DNA of 64,000 bases from Fidelibacterota bacterium (GCA_042577295.1 JBHPEE010000001.1:10506-74505); one strand, 5' to 3'; shown: positions 34,564 through 45,002, numbered from the stretch's first letter. Translations and numbers: made by a program. The notes: generated by a model from the sequence alone, not told the origin.

Positions 34564-34610
34564 TGTAGCTTTACATACATAAAGTAAAATATAAAAATTT
34601 TAAGTTGTTT

Positions 34611-35252
34611 TCAATTAGCCAATGGTTTAGATATAATATTGTTTATTCGTTTAATGGCTTGTACATAGTTAATGTTTTCAAGTGAATCTAAATTTAATTC
34701 TTGTATCGTCTTAGTAACTTCTTCTGCTTCTGTAGATTCAACACTGACCGTATATAAACAATCATTTCCAAATATCACTTCGGCAAACTCGCAAATTGTG
34801 TAGTTCAAAATATATGCATATCTTTTTTTAAGAACCGGAATAACGAGTAAATCTTTATGCCGTTTTATGATGTCAACAAATTGCTTTTCATCCAATGCAT
34901 TATTTTTTAATAATAGAATGTCTGCTTTAAGAGCAGGAAATATTTCATCCATTAATAATTTCTTGGAAACGGGAAAATCAAATTTCATCATTGTATTCCA
35001 CTTCTCAAGATTATCCCGCACTTGTATTAACTTTTTAACATCTAACTTATTATTTTTTACTTTAATATTAGTATTATCAACAGTTTTTGATATAATATAA
35101 ATTTCGTCAAATTTGCGTACACGCATTTCGTCGGGAACCGGCAAGGACAGTTCTGCCATTTTATTATGATAGTCAGTAAAATCATGACCAAAAGTACGAA
35201 ACTCGAATCGCGGTGTAGTAGGCTCACCAATGTGGATTATTTTTTCACTCAT
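34611..35252 (-). CDS. Hypothetical protein, possibly CYTH-like
   Basis: 213 aa. There is only a weak resemblance to a CYTH beta-barrel pattern (RFEFRTF ... MRVRKFDEIYIIS ... IKVK ... CEFAEV ... SVES). The canonical ExExK is not intact. Confidence 0.35.
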   Translation of the reverse strand: MSEKIIHIGEPTTPRFEFRTFGHDFTDYHNKMAELSLPVPDEMRVRKFDEIYIISKTVDNTNIKVKNNKLDVKKLIQVRDNLEKWNTMMKFDFPVSKKLLMDEIFPALKADILLLKNNALDEKQFVDIIKRHKDLLVIPVLKKRYAYILNYTICEFAEVIFGNDCLYTVSVESTEAEEVTKTIQELNLDSLENINYVQAIKRINNIISKPLAN

Positions 35253-35324
35253 TTTAATCCTATTGCCTATTAATCCTAACGTACATTATACAGAATACTT
35301 AGCTTATAGGCAGTAATAATATTT

Positions 35325-35924
35325 TTATACTATGAGGAAATTATCTAGTCTTTCGTACAAATCGTCAATTGATTTGTAATGTATTGCATTCATATTTAGA
35401 GATCTTGCTTTCTCAACGTTTTCGATTAGATCATCAATAAACAAAGATTTTTCCGCAATGGTACCGGCGATTTCCAAAGCCTTAAAATATATATCTTCTT
35501 CCGGTTTACGAGCCCCTACATCAAAGGAATAAATTCCACCCGTTACCTTGTCAAATAATTTGAAGCGTTCTTCTTCTAAAATATGATATGGATTTGTATT
35601 TGATAACAACCAAACTGGATACTTTGTTGTTAGGCTATTCATAATTTTTACAACCTCGGTTTCTTCTCCGATCAACAAACTCCACGCATTCCAAAATTGT
35701 TCTTCAGTTAAATTATTTGCCACCGGTAAATTATACATTACTTCATTAAAGAATTTCGAGCCCGATATCTCACCGCGTTCATATTTATGATGTGCCTCTT
35801 CAGGAAAGGATTTTACAATTTCTTTTTCAGTCAAATTTGTAAGTGCACTAAGTTGCTTTATTGTTCTTTCGGGATAAATGTTCAATAAAACACCACCTAT
35901 ATCAAAAAATATAGTATTGATCAT
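35325..35924 (-). CDS. HAD-superfamily hydrolase (subfamily IA-like)
   Basis: N-terminal IFFDIGGVL (DxG variant of DxDxT), LLSNTN motif II, and FIDD motif IV. Confidence 0.7.
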   Translation of the reverse strand: MINTIFFDIGGVLLNIYPERTIKQLSALTNLTEKEIVKSFPEEAHHKYERGEISGSKFFNEVMYNLPVANNLTEEQFWNAWSLLIGEETEVVKIMNSLTTKYPVWLLSNTNPYHILEEERFKLFDKVTGGIYSFDVGARKPEEDIYFKALEIAGTIAEKSLFIDDLIENVEKARSLNMNAIHYKSIDDLYERLDNFLIV

Positions 35925-35970
35925 AGAAATTATAATCTAAATTGTTTTGAGAGAATAATAATTAAAACGC

Positions 35971-37053
35971 CTAATTGACAATCATCAACTCTTTTGAGGT
36001 CTTATTAAGTACCTCATTTCCATCTTTTTTTACCCAAATATCATCTTCAATTCGTACTCCACCCCATTCGGTCAAGTACACACCTGGCTCAATAGTGACA
36101 ACGTTGTTTTCTTCTAATACTTCTTCACTTTGTTGGCTTAAGCGCGGGTAAGTATGAATTTCAAGTCCGATACCGTGGCCTGCGGAATGTATATATTTGT
36201 CGCCGTATCCCGCATCTGCGATAATATTCCGCGTTGCATCATCAACGGTTTTACATGCTACGCCAGCTTTAGCAGCATCAATCCCTGCTTGCTGTGATTT
36301 TTTTACAAGTTCATATATTTCAGAGTGTTTTTCAGTTGGTTCACCCATTAAAATTGTTCGAGTCATATCAGCATGGTAACCGTCATATTTTGCGCCTGTA
36401 TCTATTACTACAAAATCGCCCTTTTTCAATATTCTCTCACCAGGTTGAGCATGAGGTATAGCACTGTTTGGACCTGAAGCAACAATAGTAGAAAAGGCTT
36501 CGCCATCCGCATATTTCCAATAACGGTTAGCTATTTCTAAGGCAATATATTTTTCAGAAACACCAATTTTAATTATGTGCAACACTTCATAAAATACTTT
36601 ATCAGTTATTTCTATCGCAGTTCGCAGTGCTTTTAATTCGCTTGCATCTTTCACAGCAGCCAAGTTTTCTAATATCTTTTTTGTGCTTTCCCACTTAACT
36701 TTAGGAAATAACTCTGTAAGTTGATTATATGAATTATACGATAATATTTCGCTTTCAAATGCCAGCTTTAATCCTTTGTGGATTAGATTATTCTTCTGAG
36801 CAATTTCTATATGTGTACCGTAATCGATGAAGCGTTCAAAGCCTTTTACTTCTTTTTTAGATTGTTCCTTATAACGACCATCTGTTATAAAATAATTTGC
36901 ATTTGGTGTTATTATACAAGACCCGGCTGATCCAGTAAATCCACAGATGTATCGAATATTCGACAATCTACTGATTAGTATTCCATCAAGTTCTTGTTCC
37001 GCTAAAACAGCTTTCAGCCTATTTTGACGATTCTTGAAAATTTCCACAGACAT
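35971..37053 (-). CDS. pepP: Xaa-Pro aminopeptidase (M24B family)
   Basis: Creatinase-like N-domain plus the pita-bread domain with metal ligands (DTGAKYDGYHADMTRT, HGIGLEIHT, EPGVY, RIED). Confidence 0.9.
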   Translation of the reverse strand: MSVEIFKNRQNRLKAVLAEQELDGILISRLSNIRYICGFTGSAGSCIITPNANYFITDGRYKEQSKKEVKGFERFIDYGTHIEIAQKNNLIHKGLKLAFESEILSYNSYNQLTELFPKVKWESTKKILENLAAVKDASELKALRTAIEITDKVFYEVLHIIKIGVSEKYIALEIANRYWKYADGEAFSTIVASGPNSAIPHAQPGERILKKGDFVVIDTGAKYDGYHADMTRTILMGEPTEKHSEIYELVKKSQQAGIDAAKAGVACKTVDDATRNIIADAGYGDKYIHSAGHGIGLEIHTYPRLSQQSEEVLEENNVVTIEPGVYLTEWGGVRIEDDIWVKKDGNEVLNKTSKELMIVN

Positions 37054-37065
37054 GGTTTTATAAAA

Positions 37066-37869
37066 TTATTGCGGTTCGTTCTCTTTGATTAATTTTTGGA
37101 GATTTTTCCGCTCTTGATTTATTAATGCTGAATCTGCTCCTTTTTCTTCCAACATTGACAATACGACAATTGCCTGCTGATAAAGTTTTTGTTTCTTTAA
37201 AACATTGACCATTGTGAAGGTTGCCATACGTGGACTAATATCTAACGATTGTAGTTCTTCTTCGCTTATTTTTTGCGGTTTAATTGACGGTGGCTTAGGA
37301 CCAAGAATATTTTCCTCATTTTGAGCCGTTTTCTGTGGCGCGTCAATAGGAGTATCTTTTATTTCAGAGGCTGTCTCAATCTTTTGCTTAAGTTTTTTTA
37401 CTTCACTATTTTTATTAGTAGGTTTCTTGATCTCAGCAATTTCCTTTTCCTCGTCTGGTTCATCTTCTTGAGATATAGGTTGTATTAAAAATGCTTTTGC
37501 TTCCGGATGAGTTGGATCGATTTCTGCAATTATCTGCCACAGTTTAGCGATAGAAGCGGGGGCTCTTTTTAATTTTAACTGTATCTTTGCTAAGTTTATT
37601 GCTGCCCTATAATGCAATGGTTCAACAGCCATTACATTTTTCAATAGCTTCTCAGCATTGATCAAATCACCAGCTAGCAGATTTATTTCCGCTAGAACAA
37701 ATGTACCATCAACATTATTGGGGTGGTACTCTAAACCTATTTCACATACTTTTTTTGCTCTGCTCAGGTCCCCTTCTGTTTTGTAAATATCAGCTAGTAC
37801 CGGAAAAAGTACTGTGTCAAAATGATTAGCAAAATATTTCTCAAGTTCAGTCTTATTTTTTAGATTCAT
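37066..37869 (-). CDS. TPR-containing protein with acidic/basic low-complexity linker
   Basis: N-terminal TPR-like repeats, a central E/K/P-rich linker, and a start codon overlapping the upstream stop (TAATG). Confidence 0.55.
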   Translation of the reverse strand: MNLKNKTELEKYFANHFDTVLFPVLADIYKTEGDLSRAKKVCEIGLEYHPNNVDGTFVLAEINLLAGDLINAEKLLKNVMAVEPLHYRAAINLAKIQLKLKRAPASIAKLWQIIAEIDPTHPEAKAFLIQPISQEDEPDEEKEIAEIKKPTNKNSEVKKLKQKIETASEIKDTPIDAPQKTAQNEENILGPKPPSIKPQKISEEELQSLDISPRMATFTMVNVLKKQKLYQQAIVVLSMLEEKGADSALINQERKNLQKLIKENEPQ

Positions 37870-38279
37870 TATCTTCTATTATTTTTAACCCAATCAGTAA
37901 TATAATTTATTGTGGTTTGGACAGTTGTTCCTGGACCAAACAACATTCCTACACCTAGCGACTGTAAATCTTTCATATCTTTTTCTGGAATAATGCCGCC
38001 ACCAGTGAGTAAAATATCTTCCAATCCTTTTTCCTTCATTAATTGTAATACGCGTGGAAAAATTGTATTATGAGCACCAGACAGAATAGATAAAGCAATA
38101 ACATCAGCATCTTCTTGCAATGCAGCAGATACAATCATTTCCGGAGTTTGGCGTAACCCTAAATATATAACTTCCATTCCGGCATCGCGATATGCGGCAG
38201 CTAAAACCTTAATTCCGCGATCGTGACCATCTAATCCTGGTTTTGCCATCACTATTCTAATTTTTTGTTTCATGCTCAT
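37869..38279 (-). CDS. Stand-alone cobalamin (B12)-binding domain protein (methylmalonyl-CoA mutase small-subunit-like)
   Basis: [35 protein letters not shown] contains the DxHxxG B12-binding signature. At 136 aa it is a single domain. Confidence 0.85.
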   Translation of the reverse strand: MSMKQKIRIVMAKPGLDGHDRGIKVLAAAYRDAGMEVIYLGLRQTPEMIVSAALQEDADVIALSILSGAHNTIFPRVLQLMKEKGLEDILLTGGGIIPEKDMKDLQSLGVGMLFGPGTTVQTTINYITDWVKNNRR

Positions 38280-38334
38280 ACTCGTTATTTATTTATCGTT
38301 GAAATTACAATTAGATGTCTAAAAAATCATATAT

Positions 38335-38805
38335 TCATTTCTCCAATCGATTCACTTTTTTATTTACCGCACTATCCAATACGAACGTAACGGGACCATC
38401 GTTGATTAACGATACTTCCATCATTGCACCAAAGCGACCGGTTTTTGTTGGAATATTGGCAGATTCCAAATATTCAACAAATAAATTGTACAATTTCTCC
38501 GCGCGCTCCGATATCGCTGCTTTAATAAAGCTTGGTCTACGGCCTTTTTGCCAGTCTCCACAAAGAGTAAATTGGCTTATAACTAATGCTTCGCCGTTTA
38601 TGTCTTTTATAGAAAGATTCATCTTGTCATTTTCATCATTAAAAATTCGGAAATGTACTGTTTTGCCTATTAGAAATTGACAATCTGTTTCATCGTCATC
38701 TGACATGACACCTAATAATATTACAAGCCCCTTATTAATCTTGGCGATTTGTTTTTCATCTATATAGATAGCTGCTGCAGATACACGTTGGATTACTGCA
38801 ATCAT
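38335..38805 (-). CDS. dtd: D-aminoacyl-tRNA deacylase
   Basis: MIAVIQRV..., SQFTL, and GRFGAMMEVSLINDGPVTFVLD, the canonical Dtd motifs. Its start overlaps the dnaE stop by 4 nt. Confidence 0.9.
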   Translation of the reverse strand: MIAVIQRVSAAAIYIDEKQIAKINKGLVILLGVMSDDDETDCQFLIGKTVHFRIFNDENDKMNLSIKDINGEALVISQFTLCGDWQKGRRPSFIKAAISERAEKLYNLFVEYLESANIPTKTGRFGAMMEVSLINDGPVTFVLDSAVNKKVNRLEK

Positions 38806-41800
38806 TCTACCCAGATATTCTTTTCACCGTATTCTTCGCGTAACTTTTGCAAAAACAATTTATTCGATGATACCTTTATATTTTGCGCAAGAATTCTTTG
38901 TTGTAGCTGACCATTGGCAATGTGGAATATTAAACTACAGTTCCCGCTGAATTGCTTTGCTAACATGTGTAACTTTTCAAGATCCATTTCCTCCGCCAAT
39001 TGTGGAGTTAACCGAATGTTTACCCGCTTTGATAGTAGTTCTCTGCAATTTTCCAATGGTACAATTTGATCTGCTATTAATTTTAGATCAGCAAAGTCAG
39101 ATCGATCGGTTGGGTTTCCATGTACAAAAATAATTTTATTATCTTCTATCAAATTCTTATAACGTTCAAAGGTATCACTAAATATTAAGATTTCTGCTTG
39201 ACCGCCTAAACAATCTAAGTTGAAAAAGGCCATTTGTTTATTTTTTCTATCATAATGATGGCGCAAATCGCGTATTATTCCACCGATTTGAATTGTTCCC
39301 ACGGACTTCAACGAAAATTTTTCAGAAAAATCAAAATTGCTAAATTCTTCCAAATCATCTGCATATTTTAACAATGGATGACCGGATAAATATAATCCCA
39401 AAACTTCCTTTTCCTGGTCCAAGGATTCTTGTTCGCTCCATTCTTCTGCTTCCGACGGCGGCGGTTTTACAACTACTTTACTTTCCGTATAACTTGAACA
39501 TTCAAATAATCCAACTTGATTGCTTGAGGCATCATCTTGCCTCTGATGTCCATATTTAAGGCCATTATCAATAGAGGCAAACATCTGCGCTCTACTGCCA
39601 TTAAGTGAATCCATTGCACCAGCTTTTATTAAACTTTCCAATACTTTTTTGTTGAGTGAATGGAGATCTACTCGACTGCACACATCAAAAATATCTATAA
39701 ACTTTCCATCTTTATCTCTTGCTTCGATTATTTTTTCCACCGTTTTTGTGCCAACATTTTTTACAGCATTTATTCCAAACGAAATAGTTGTATCATCTAC
39801 TGGACGAAATTCAACATGCGAAACGTTGATATCCGGTGCATTCACCTTAATCCCCAATTTTCGGCATTCATTAATTAATATAACCACGCGATTACTGTTT
39901 GACATTTCGCTAGTTAAATTAGCTGACATGAACTCCGCCGGATAATATGTCTTTAACCAAGCGGTCTGATAAGCGATTATTGCATAAGCGGTAGCATGGC
40001 TTTTGTTAAAACCATATTGTGCAAATTTCCCAAGCAACTCTACAATTTCAGTCGCCTTATTTTTATTTATTCCTTGCTTAACAGCACCTTTGATAAACTT
40101 TTCCGCACTTTTCTTCATCGACGCTGCATCTTTTTTGCCCATTGCACGCCGCATAATATCAGCTTCCGCCATACTGAATCCACCAATCACGTTAGCAATT
40201 TGCATCACTTGTTCTTGATAAACAATTATACCTTGAGTTTCTTTTAATATCGGTTCTAAATCAGGATGCGGAAAAACTTTTTTCTTCTTTCCATGTTTTC
40301 TATCAATATAATCATTGATGTTATTCATGGGTCCCGGACGATAAAGTGCATTCATTGCTATTAAGTCTTCCAGTTCTGTCGGTTTCAATTTTTTAAGGAA
40401 TTCTCTCATACCCGATGACTCAAACTGAAAAATACCGGCCGTCATTCCCTTTGCAAACAGCTCAAATACTTTTTGATCATCAAATTTCAAACTATCAATA
40501 TCTACTTCAATGTCACGAAGCTTGATTAACTTTACAGCTTTATCAATAACCGTTAAAGTTCTTAGCCCTAAAAAGTCCATTTTTAACAAGCCAAGATCTT
40601 CTAATCCTTTCATGTCGTATTGACTTGTGATATCACCTTGTGACGATTTATAAAGCGGCACATAATCGGTTAAATCGCTCGGAGCGATAACAACACCTGC
40701 AGCATGCGTCGAAGCGTGGCGATTCATTCCTTCTAAAACAAAGGAATGCTGAATAAGCTCCCTATAATCACCTTCGGCATTGTCGCTCAATTCAGTGCTT
40801 TTTTTAATTGCATCTTCTAGGGTAATATTTATTTCTTCCGGTATTGCTTTTGCTATTTTATCAACTGCGCTATATGGGTAACTCATCACGCGCCCAACAT
40901 CTCGCACAACCTGCCGGGCTTTCATTTTACCGAATGTAATAATTTGAGTTACAGCATTTTTGCCATATTGCCGTTTGATGTAATCAATCACTTCTCCGCG
41001 TCTTTCAATACAAAAATCAATATCAATATCAGGTAAACTAATACGTTCGGGATTTAAAAATCTTTCAAAAAGTAAATTATATTTTAAAGGATCGATAGTT
41101 GTAATACCTAAAACGTAAGAAACTATACTTCCTGCAGCAGATCCACGGCCGGGCCCAACAGGAATGCCATTTTCTTTAGCATATTTTACAAAATCGGCAG
41201 TTATTAAGAAATATCCGGCAAAACCCATTTTTGTTATGACACCTAATTCATGATCAAGTCGAGATTGTATCTCTTCACTAATTGTCCCATAGAGTTCTTT
41301 TAATCCTTTGATGCATAATTTTTGTAAGTAATCATCAGGATTAGAACTTGCTGATTCTTCCGGTATGGGAAAATTCGGTAAATGATATTTACCTAATGGT
41401 ATGTCCAAATCTATGCTATCGGCGATACGACGTGTATTCTCTATTGCGCCGGGTATATCTTTAAATAGTGAATGCATTTCATCTTGAGATTTTAAATAAA
41501 ACTCATCTGTTGCATATCGCATCCGATTCGGATCATTTCTTTCTTTTCCGGTGGCAAGACAAATATGAATGTCGTGAGCATCGTAATGTTCTTTTTTAGC
41601 ATAATGTGAATCGTTTGTTGCAACAATGGGAAGACCAATTTCTTCAGCAAGGCGTTTAGTTCCGGTAATATTAATTTGCTCTTCGGGAATTCGATGATTT
41701 TGTACTTCAAGGTAAAATCGACCCGGGAATATTTCTGCAAATTCTAGAGCAGCCTTTTTAGCGCCTTGGTAATCATTTTTTACTATTCTTTCGGGGATTT

Positions 41801-42227
41801 CACCCTTTAAACAGGCAGATAATGCAATTAAACCACCACTATGTTTTCTCAATAATTCTTTATCAATGCGCGGACGATAATAAAATCCATCTAGGTAACC
41901 ATAGGTTACTAATTTCATAAGATTTTTATATCCAACAAAATTTTGTGCTAACAATATTAAGTGATTACTTCCCCCGCCTAATTGACCGCTTTTTTCAGTA
42001 TGTTTCCCTTTAGCGACATATACTTCACTACCAATAATTGGTTTGATTCTCTTATTTATTGCAGCTTGATAAAATTTTAAAGCACTGAACATATTGCCAT
42101 GCTCAGTAAGTGCTATACTGTCCATTTTCAGTGCTAGAATTGTATCGAGCATAACATCAATGGTTTGCGCACCATCAAGCAGGCTGTAATCTGAATGATT
42201 ATGAAGGTGTACGAAATCAGAAGCCAT
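38802..42227 (-). CDS. dnaE: DNA polymerase III alpha subunit
   Basis: PHP domain FVHLHNHSDYSLLDG, palm/fingers blocks (GPGRGSAAGS, PDIDIDF), HhH and OB-fold regions. The ATG at 42227 (MASDFVHLH) is preferred to 42263. Confidence 0.95.
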   Translation of the reverse strand: MASDFVHLHNHSDYSLLDGAQTIDVMLDTILALKMDSIALTEHGNMFSALKFYQAAINKRIKPIIGSEVYVAKGKHTEKSGQLGGGSNHLILLAQNFVGYKNLMKLVTYGYLDGFYYRPRIDKELLRKHSGGLIALSACLKGEIPERIVKNDYQGAKKAALEFAEIFPGRFYLEVQNHRIPEEQINITGTKRLAEEIGLPIVATNDSHYAKKEHYDAHDIHICLATGKERNDPNRMRYATDEFYLKSQDEMHSLFKDIPGAIENTRRIADSIDLDIPLGKYHLPNFPIPEESASSNPDDYLQKLCIKGLKELYGTISEEIQSRLDHELGVITKMGFAGYFLITADFVKYAKENGIPVGPGRGSAAGSIVSYVLGITTIDPLKYNLLFERFLNPERISLPDIDIDFCIERRGEVIDYIKRQYGKNAVTQIITFGKMKARQVVRDVGRVMSYPYSAVDKIAKAIPEEINITLEDAIKKSTELSDNAEGDYRELIQHSFVLEGMNRHASTHAAGVVIAPSDLTDYVPLYKSSQGDITSQYDMKGLEDLGLLKMDFLGLRTLTVIDKAVKLIKLRDIEVDIDSLKFDDQKVFELFAKGMTAGIFQFESSGMREFLKKLKPTELEDLIAMNALYRPGPMNNINDYIDRKHGKKKKVFPHPDLEPILKETQGIIVYQEQVMQIANVIGGFSMAEADIMRRAMGKKDAASMKKSAEKFIKGAVKQGINKNKATEIVELLGKFAQYGFNKSHATAYAIIAYQTAWLKTYYPAEFMSANLTSEMSNSNRVVILINECRKLGIKVNAPDINVSHVEFRPVDDTTISFGINAVKNVGTKTVEKIIEARDKDGKFIDIFDVCSRVDLHSLNKKVLESLIKAGAMDSLNGSRAQMFASIDNGLKYGHQRQDDASSNQVGLFECSSYTESKVVVKPPPSEAEEWSEQESLDQEKEVLGLYLSGHPLLKYADDLEEFSNFDFSEKFSLKSVGTIQIGGIIRDLRHHYDRKNKQMAFFNLDCLGGQAEILIFSDTFERYKNLIEDNKIIFVHGNPTDRSDFADLKLIADQIVPLENCRELLSKRVNIRLTPQLAEEMDLEKLHMLAKQFSGNCSLIFHIANGQLQQRILAQNIKVSSNKLFLQKLREEYGEKNIWVE

Positions 42228-43065
42228 TATATGACCCCAGCCAGACAGCAAAAACACCGGCAATTGTACTAATCTTTAGTAATTGTGCAACTCGTTTTGC
42301 AGTAATAATTGTTGGGGATTTCACCGCTGAAAATACAGTTATTACTAAAGGAATCTCAACTCCAAATAATACAAATATTATATACAAAATATTATATTTA
42401 CCCATCATAAATGGAAGAATAGCGCCAATGCCCATAAAAATTGCAAAAACAGATATCAAAACCCAAGCTTTTTCCACTCCAGCAATTATTGGGAATGTTT
42501 TTAAATTCGTTTTACGGTCACCTTCCACATCGCCAATATCTTTCACAAGTTCTCTTACGGCAGTCAATCCAAAGGCCAACAATGCCGGTATAATCATAAT
42601 TTCAATATTATTCAATGCAGCACCGGCAAATAAAAATGTTAATCCTAAAATCAATGCAATAATAAGATTGCCCACTAAAGGCATTCCCTTAAACCAAATA
42701 CTGTAAAATATCATCAATGGTAAAGCAATCGCAACTGCGATTAAAATAGCCTTGAATGGTAACGTAAAAGCCAAAACGGTACCAAAAGCGAATAGTATTA
42801 TTGATAAGACTAATGCAGTTTGTGGTTTAACATGACCTGTAACCAATGGCCGATTTGGTCGATTGATTTTATCTATTTCTAGATCAAAATAATCGTTTAT
42901 GGAATTGGCAGCTGCATTATAAAAAACCACAACACATAATGCTGTAAACCAAACTGAAACCTGATCCATTTCCTTCAAAATAGATGCAGTAATAATTACC
43001 GAAAAAGCACCGATTATAAGATTTAGAGGACGCATAATTTTAATATGTGCTAGTACTCTTTTCAT
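42217..43065 (-). CDS. UbiA-family prenyltransferase (DGGGPS-like short form)
   Basis: 282 aa with about 8 TM helices. First Asp-rich motif NSINDYFDLEIDKINRPNRPL and second motif KDIGDVEGDRK. Confidence 0.8.
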   Translation of the reverse strand: MKRVLAHIKIMRPLNLIIGAFSVIITASILKEMDQVSVWFTALCVVVFYNAAANSINDYFDLEIDKINRPNRPLVTGHVKPQTALVLSIILFAFGTVLAFTLPFKAILIAVAIALPLMIFYSIWFKGMPLVGNLIIALILGLTFLFAGAALNNIEIMIIPALLAFGLTAVRELVKDIGDVEGDRKTNLKTFPIIAGVEKAWVLISVFAIFMGIGAILPFMMGKYNILYIIFVLFGVEIPLVITVFSAVKSPTIITAKRVAQLLKISTIAGVFAVWLGSYNGF

Positions 43066-43940
43066 GCAACTTGAGCTTTCAATACACGATCATCACCGTT
43101 ATAATCTTTAATCAATTCAACATTTTTAAATTTCTCATTTGAAAATAATTTCATAGCATTTTTAGGATGTTCACCCAATCCAACTTCAAAAAATATCCAA
43201 CCATTTGGATTTATTATTGTTGGACTAATTTCAGAAAATTTATGGTAAAAAGTTAATCCATCTGCTGAATCAGTTAAAGCGGAAAGTGGTTCAAAATTTT
43301 TAACATCCAGCATTAATGATTCTATTTCTTCTCGAGGTATGTAGGGTGGGTTAGATATAAGTATATCAAATTTCCCATCAATATTATTTTCAAATAAGTC
43401 AATTTTTAAAAAACTTACATTCTTAATTTGTAATGTAGCAGCATTTAATTTTGCAGTCTCAACTGCTTTAGCTGATTTATCAATACCTGTAACATTCGCA
43501 TTTGGCAATTCTTTACCTAATGCCAAAGCCAAACAACCGGAACCGGTTCCTATATCTATTATCGAAATGTTTGATTTTTTACCGACCATTTCTATTACTT
43601 CTTCGACTAATCGTTCGCTCTCTGGACGAGGGATTAAAACGTCAGGTGTTACATTGAGCGTTAAATTGTGAAATCCGGCTTTGCCGGTGATATACTGTAT
43701 CGGTTCTCGATTCTTTCTTCGTTGTACCCAGTTTCGAAGTTTTACTAGTTGCATTTTTGCCACTGGCTCTTCAAATCTTAGATATAAATCAACTCGACTA
43801 CATTCCAAAATATCCTGAAGGATTATATTTATTTCTTTACGTGGAGAATCAAAGCCGTTATCATTAAAATATTGTTCACCCCAATTCAATAGGTCAATCA
43901 CCCGCCAAATTTCGTGTGAATTGCGGGTAGTGTCCGTCAT
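43062..43940 (-). CDS. prmC: Release-factor glutamine N5-methyltransferase
   Basis: SAM motif IDIGTGSGC, catalytic NPPY, and a position directly after prfA. Confidence 0.9.
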   Translation of the reverse strand: MTDTTRNSHEIWRVIDLLNWGEQYFNDNGFDSPRKEINIILQDILECSRVDLYLRFEEPVAKMQLVKLRNWVQRRKNREPIQYITGKAGFHNLTLNVTPDVLIPRPESERLVEEVIEMVGKKSNISIIDIGTGSGCLALALGKELPNANVTGIDKSAKAVETAKLNAATLQIKNVSFLKIDLFENNIDGKFDILISNPPYIPREEIESLMLDVKNFEPLSALTDSADGLTFYHKFSEISPTIINPNGWIFFEVGLGEHPKNAMKLFSNEKFKNVELIKDYNGDDRVLKAQVA

Positions 43941-45002
43941 TTATTCGCCTTTTAGAATTTCTTTCTGTTCGGCAATACGTAGCTGGTCTATCATTTCCAA
44001 AATGTCACCATCCAGCATCTCATCAAGATGATAAGCAGTATAATTAATACGATGGTCTGTAATTCGTCCCTGCGGGAAATTATAAGTCCGTATTTTTGCG
44101 GATCGGTCTCCGGTAGAAACTAAAGTTTTTCGCTCTTTAGCGCGCTCCGAAGCAATTCTTTCTTCCTCCGCAGCAAGCATACGTGAACGCAACACCTTTA
44201 ATGCTGCAGCACGATTTTTATGCTGTGAGCTTTCATCCTGGCAAGTAACAACTAAGCCGGTAGGAAGATGAGTTATACGAATTGCAGATTCTGTTTTATT
44301 AACATGCTGACCGCCCGCACCACTTGCGCGATATGTATCAATCTTGAGATCTTCGCTTCTTATATCAATATCAGCTTCTTCCGCCTCCGGTAAAACTGCA
44401 ACGGTTGCGGCTGACGTGTGCACCCTGCCACTAGCTTCAGTTTTTGGTACGCGTTGCACTCGGTGAACGCCGCTTTCGTATTTCATCTTGCCATAAGCAC
44501 CTTTTCCTGCAATTGAAAATATAATTTCCTTAAAACCGCCGATTCCCGTTTCGTTGGCGTCCATAACATGAAATTGCCAATTGGATCGTTCTGCGAAGCG
44601 GGAATACATTCTAAATAAATCTGCAACGAACAAGGCAGCTTCATCTCCTCCAGTACCTGCTCTCATTTCAACAATAGTATTCTTATCATCATTAGGGTTC
44701 TTTGGGATTAGCAGAATTTTTAACTTTTCCTCACACATTTTAAGTTCATGTTCAATATTGGGCAAATCGTCTTTAGCTATTTCTTTTAACTCATCATCAT
44801 CGGTATTCAAAATGTCTTTATATTCCTTAATTTGCTCATTAAGAGCAATATAAACCTTGGCTTGATCTACTACGTTCTCAAGTGTGCTCCGCTCTTTAGA
44901 AATTTCTGTGACCTTGGCATTATCAGAATGAATTTCAGGATCCATTAATAATTTTTCAAGATCTTCGAAGCGATTAATTATTTGCTGTAGTTTATTTATC
45001 AT
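43941..45002 (-). CDS. prfA: Peptide chain release factor 1
   Basis: GGQ motif ([14 protein letters not shown]) and an RF1-type PxT tripeptide (RVPKTE...GRVHTS). There is no in-frame stop or frameshift as in prfB. Confidence 0.95.
   Translation of the reverse strand: MINKLQQIINRFEDLEKLLMDPEIHSDNAKVTEISKERSTLENVVDQAKVYIALNEQIKEYKDILNTDDDELKEIAKDDLPNIEHELKMCEEKLKILLIPKNPNDDKNTIVEMRAGTGGDEAALFVADLFRMYSRFAERSNWQFHVMDANETGIGGFKEIIFSIAGKGAYGKMKYESGVHRVQRVPKTEASGRVHTSAATVAVLPEAEEADIDIRSEDLKIDTYRASGAGGQHVNKTESAIRITHLPTGLVVTCQDESSQHKNRAAALKVLRSRMLAAEEERIASERAKERKTLVSTGDRSAKIRTYNFPQGRITDHRINYTAYHLDEMLDGDILEMIDQLRIAEQKEILKGE

Noticed and set aside
38315-38680. 121-aa plus-strand ORF
   Set aside because: It lies antisense to dtd, which has canonical motifs.
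39374-41740. Multiple 60-98-aa ORFs on both strands inside dnaE
   Set aside because: These are shadow or out-of-frame ORFs within a continuous, well-conserved DnaE reading frame.
42228-42263. 12-aa N-terminal extension of dnaE
   Set aside because: The PHP domain begins immediately after the internal Met (MASDFVHLHNHS). The extension would deepen the overlap with the UbiA gene.
43941-45002. Programmed +1 frameshift of a release-factor gene
   Set aside because: The gene is RF1 (PxT tripeptide, uninterrupted frame). The programmed frameshift is a property of prfB/RF2.
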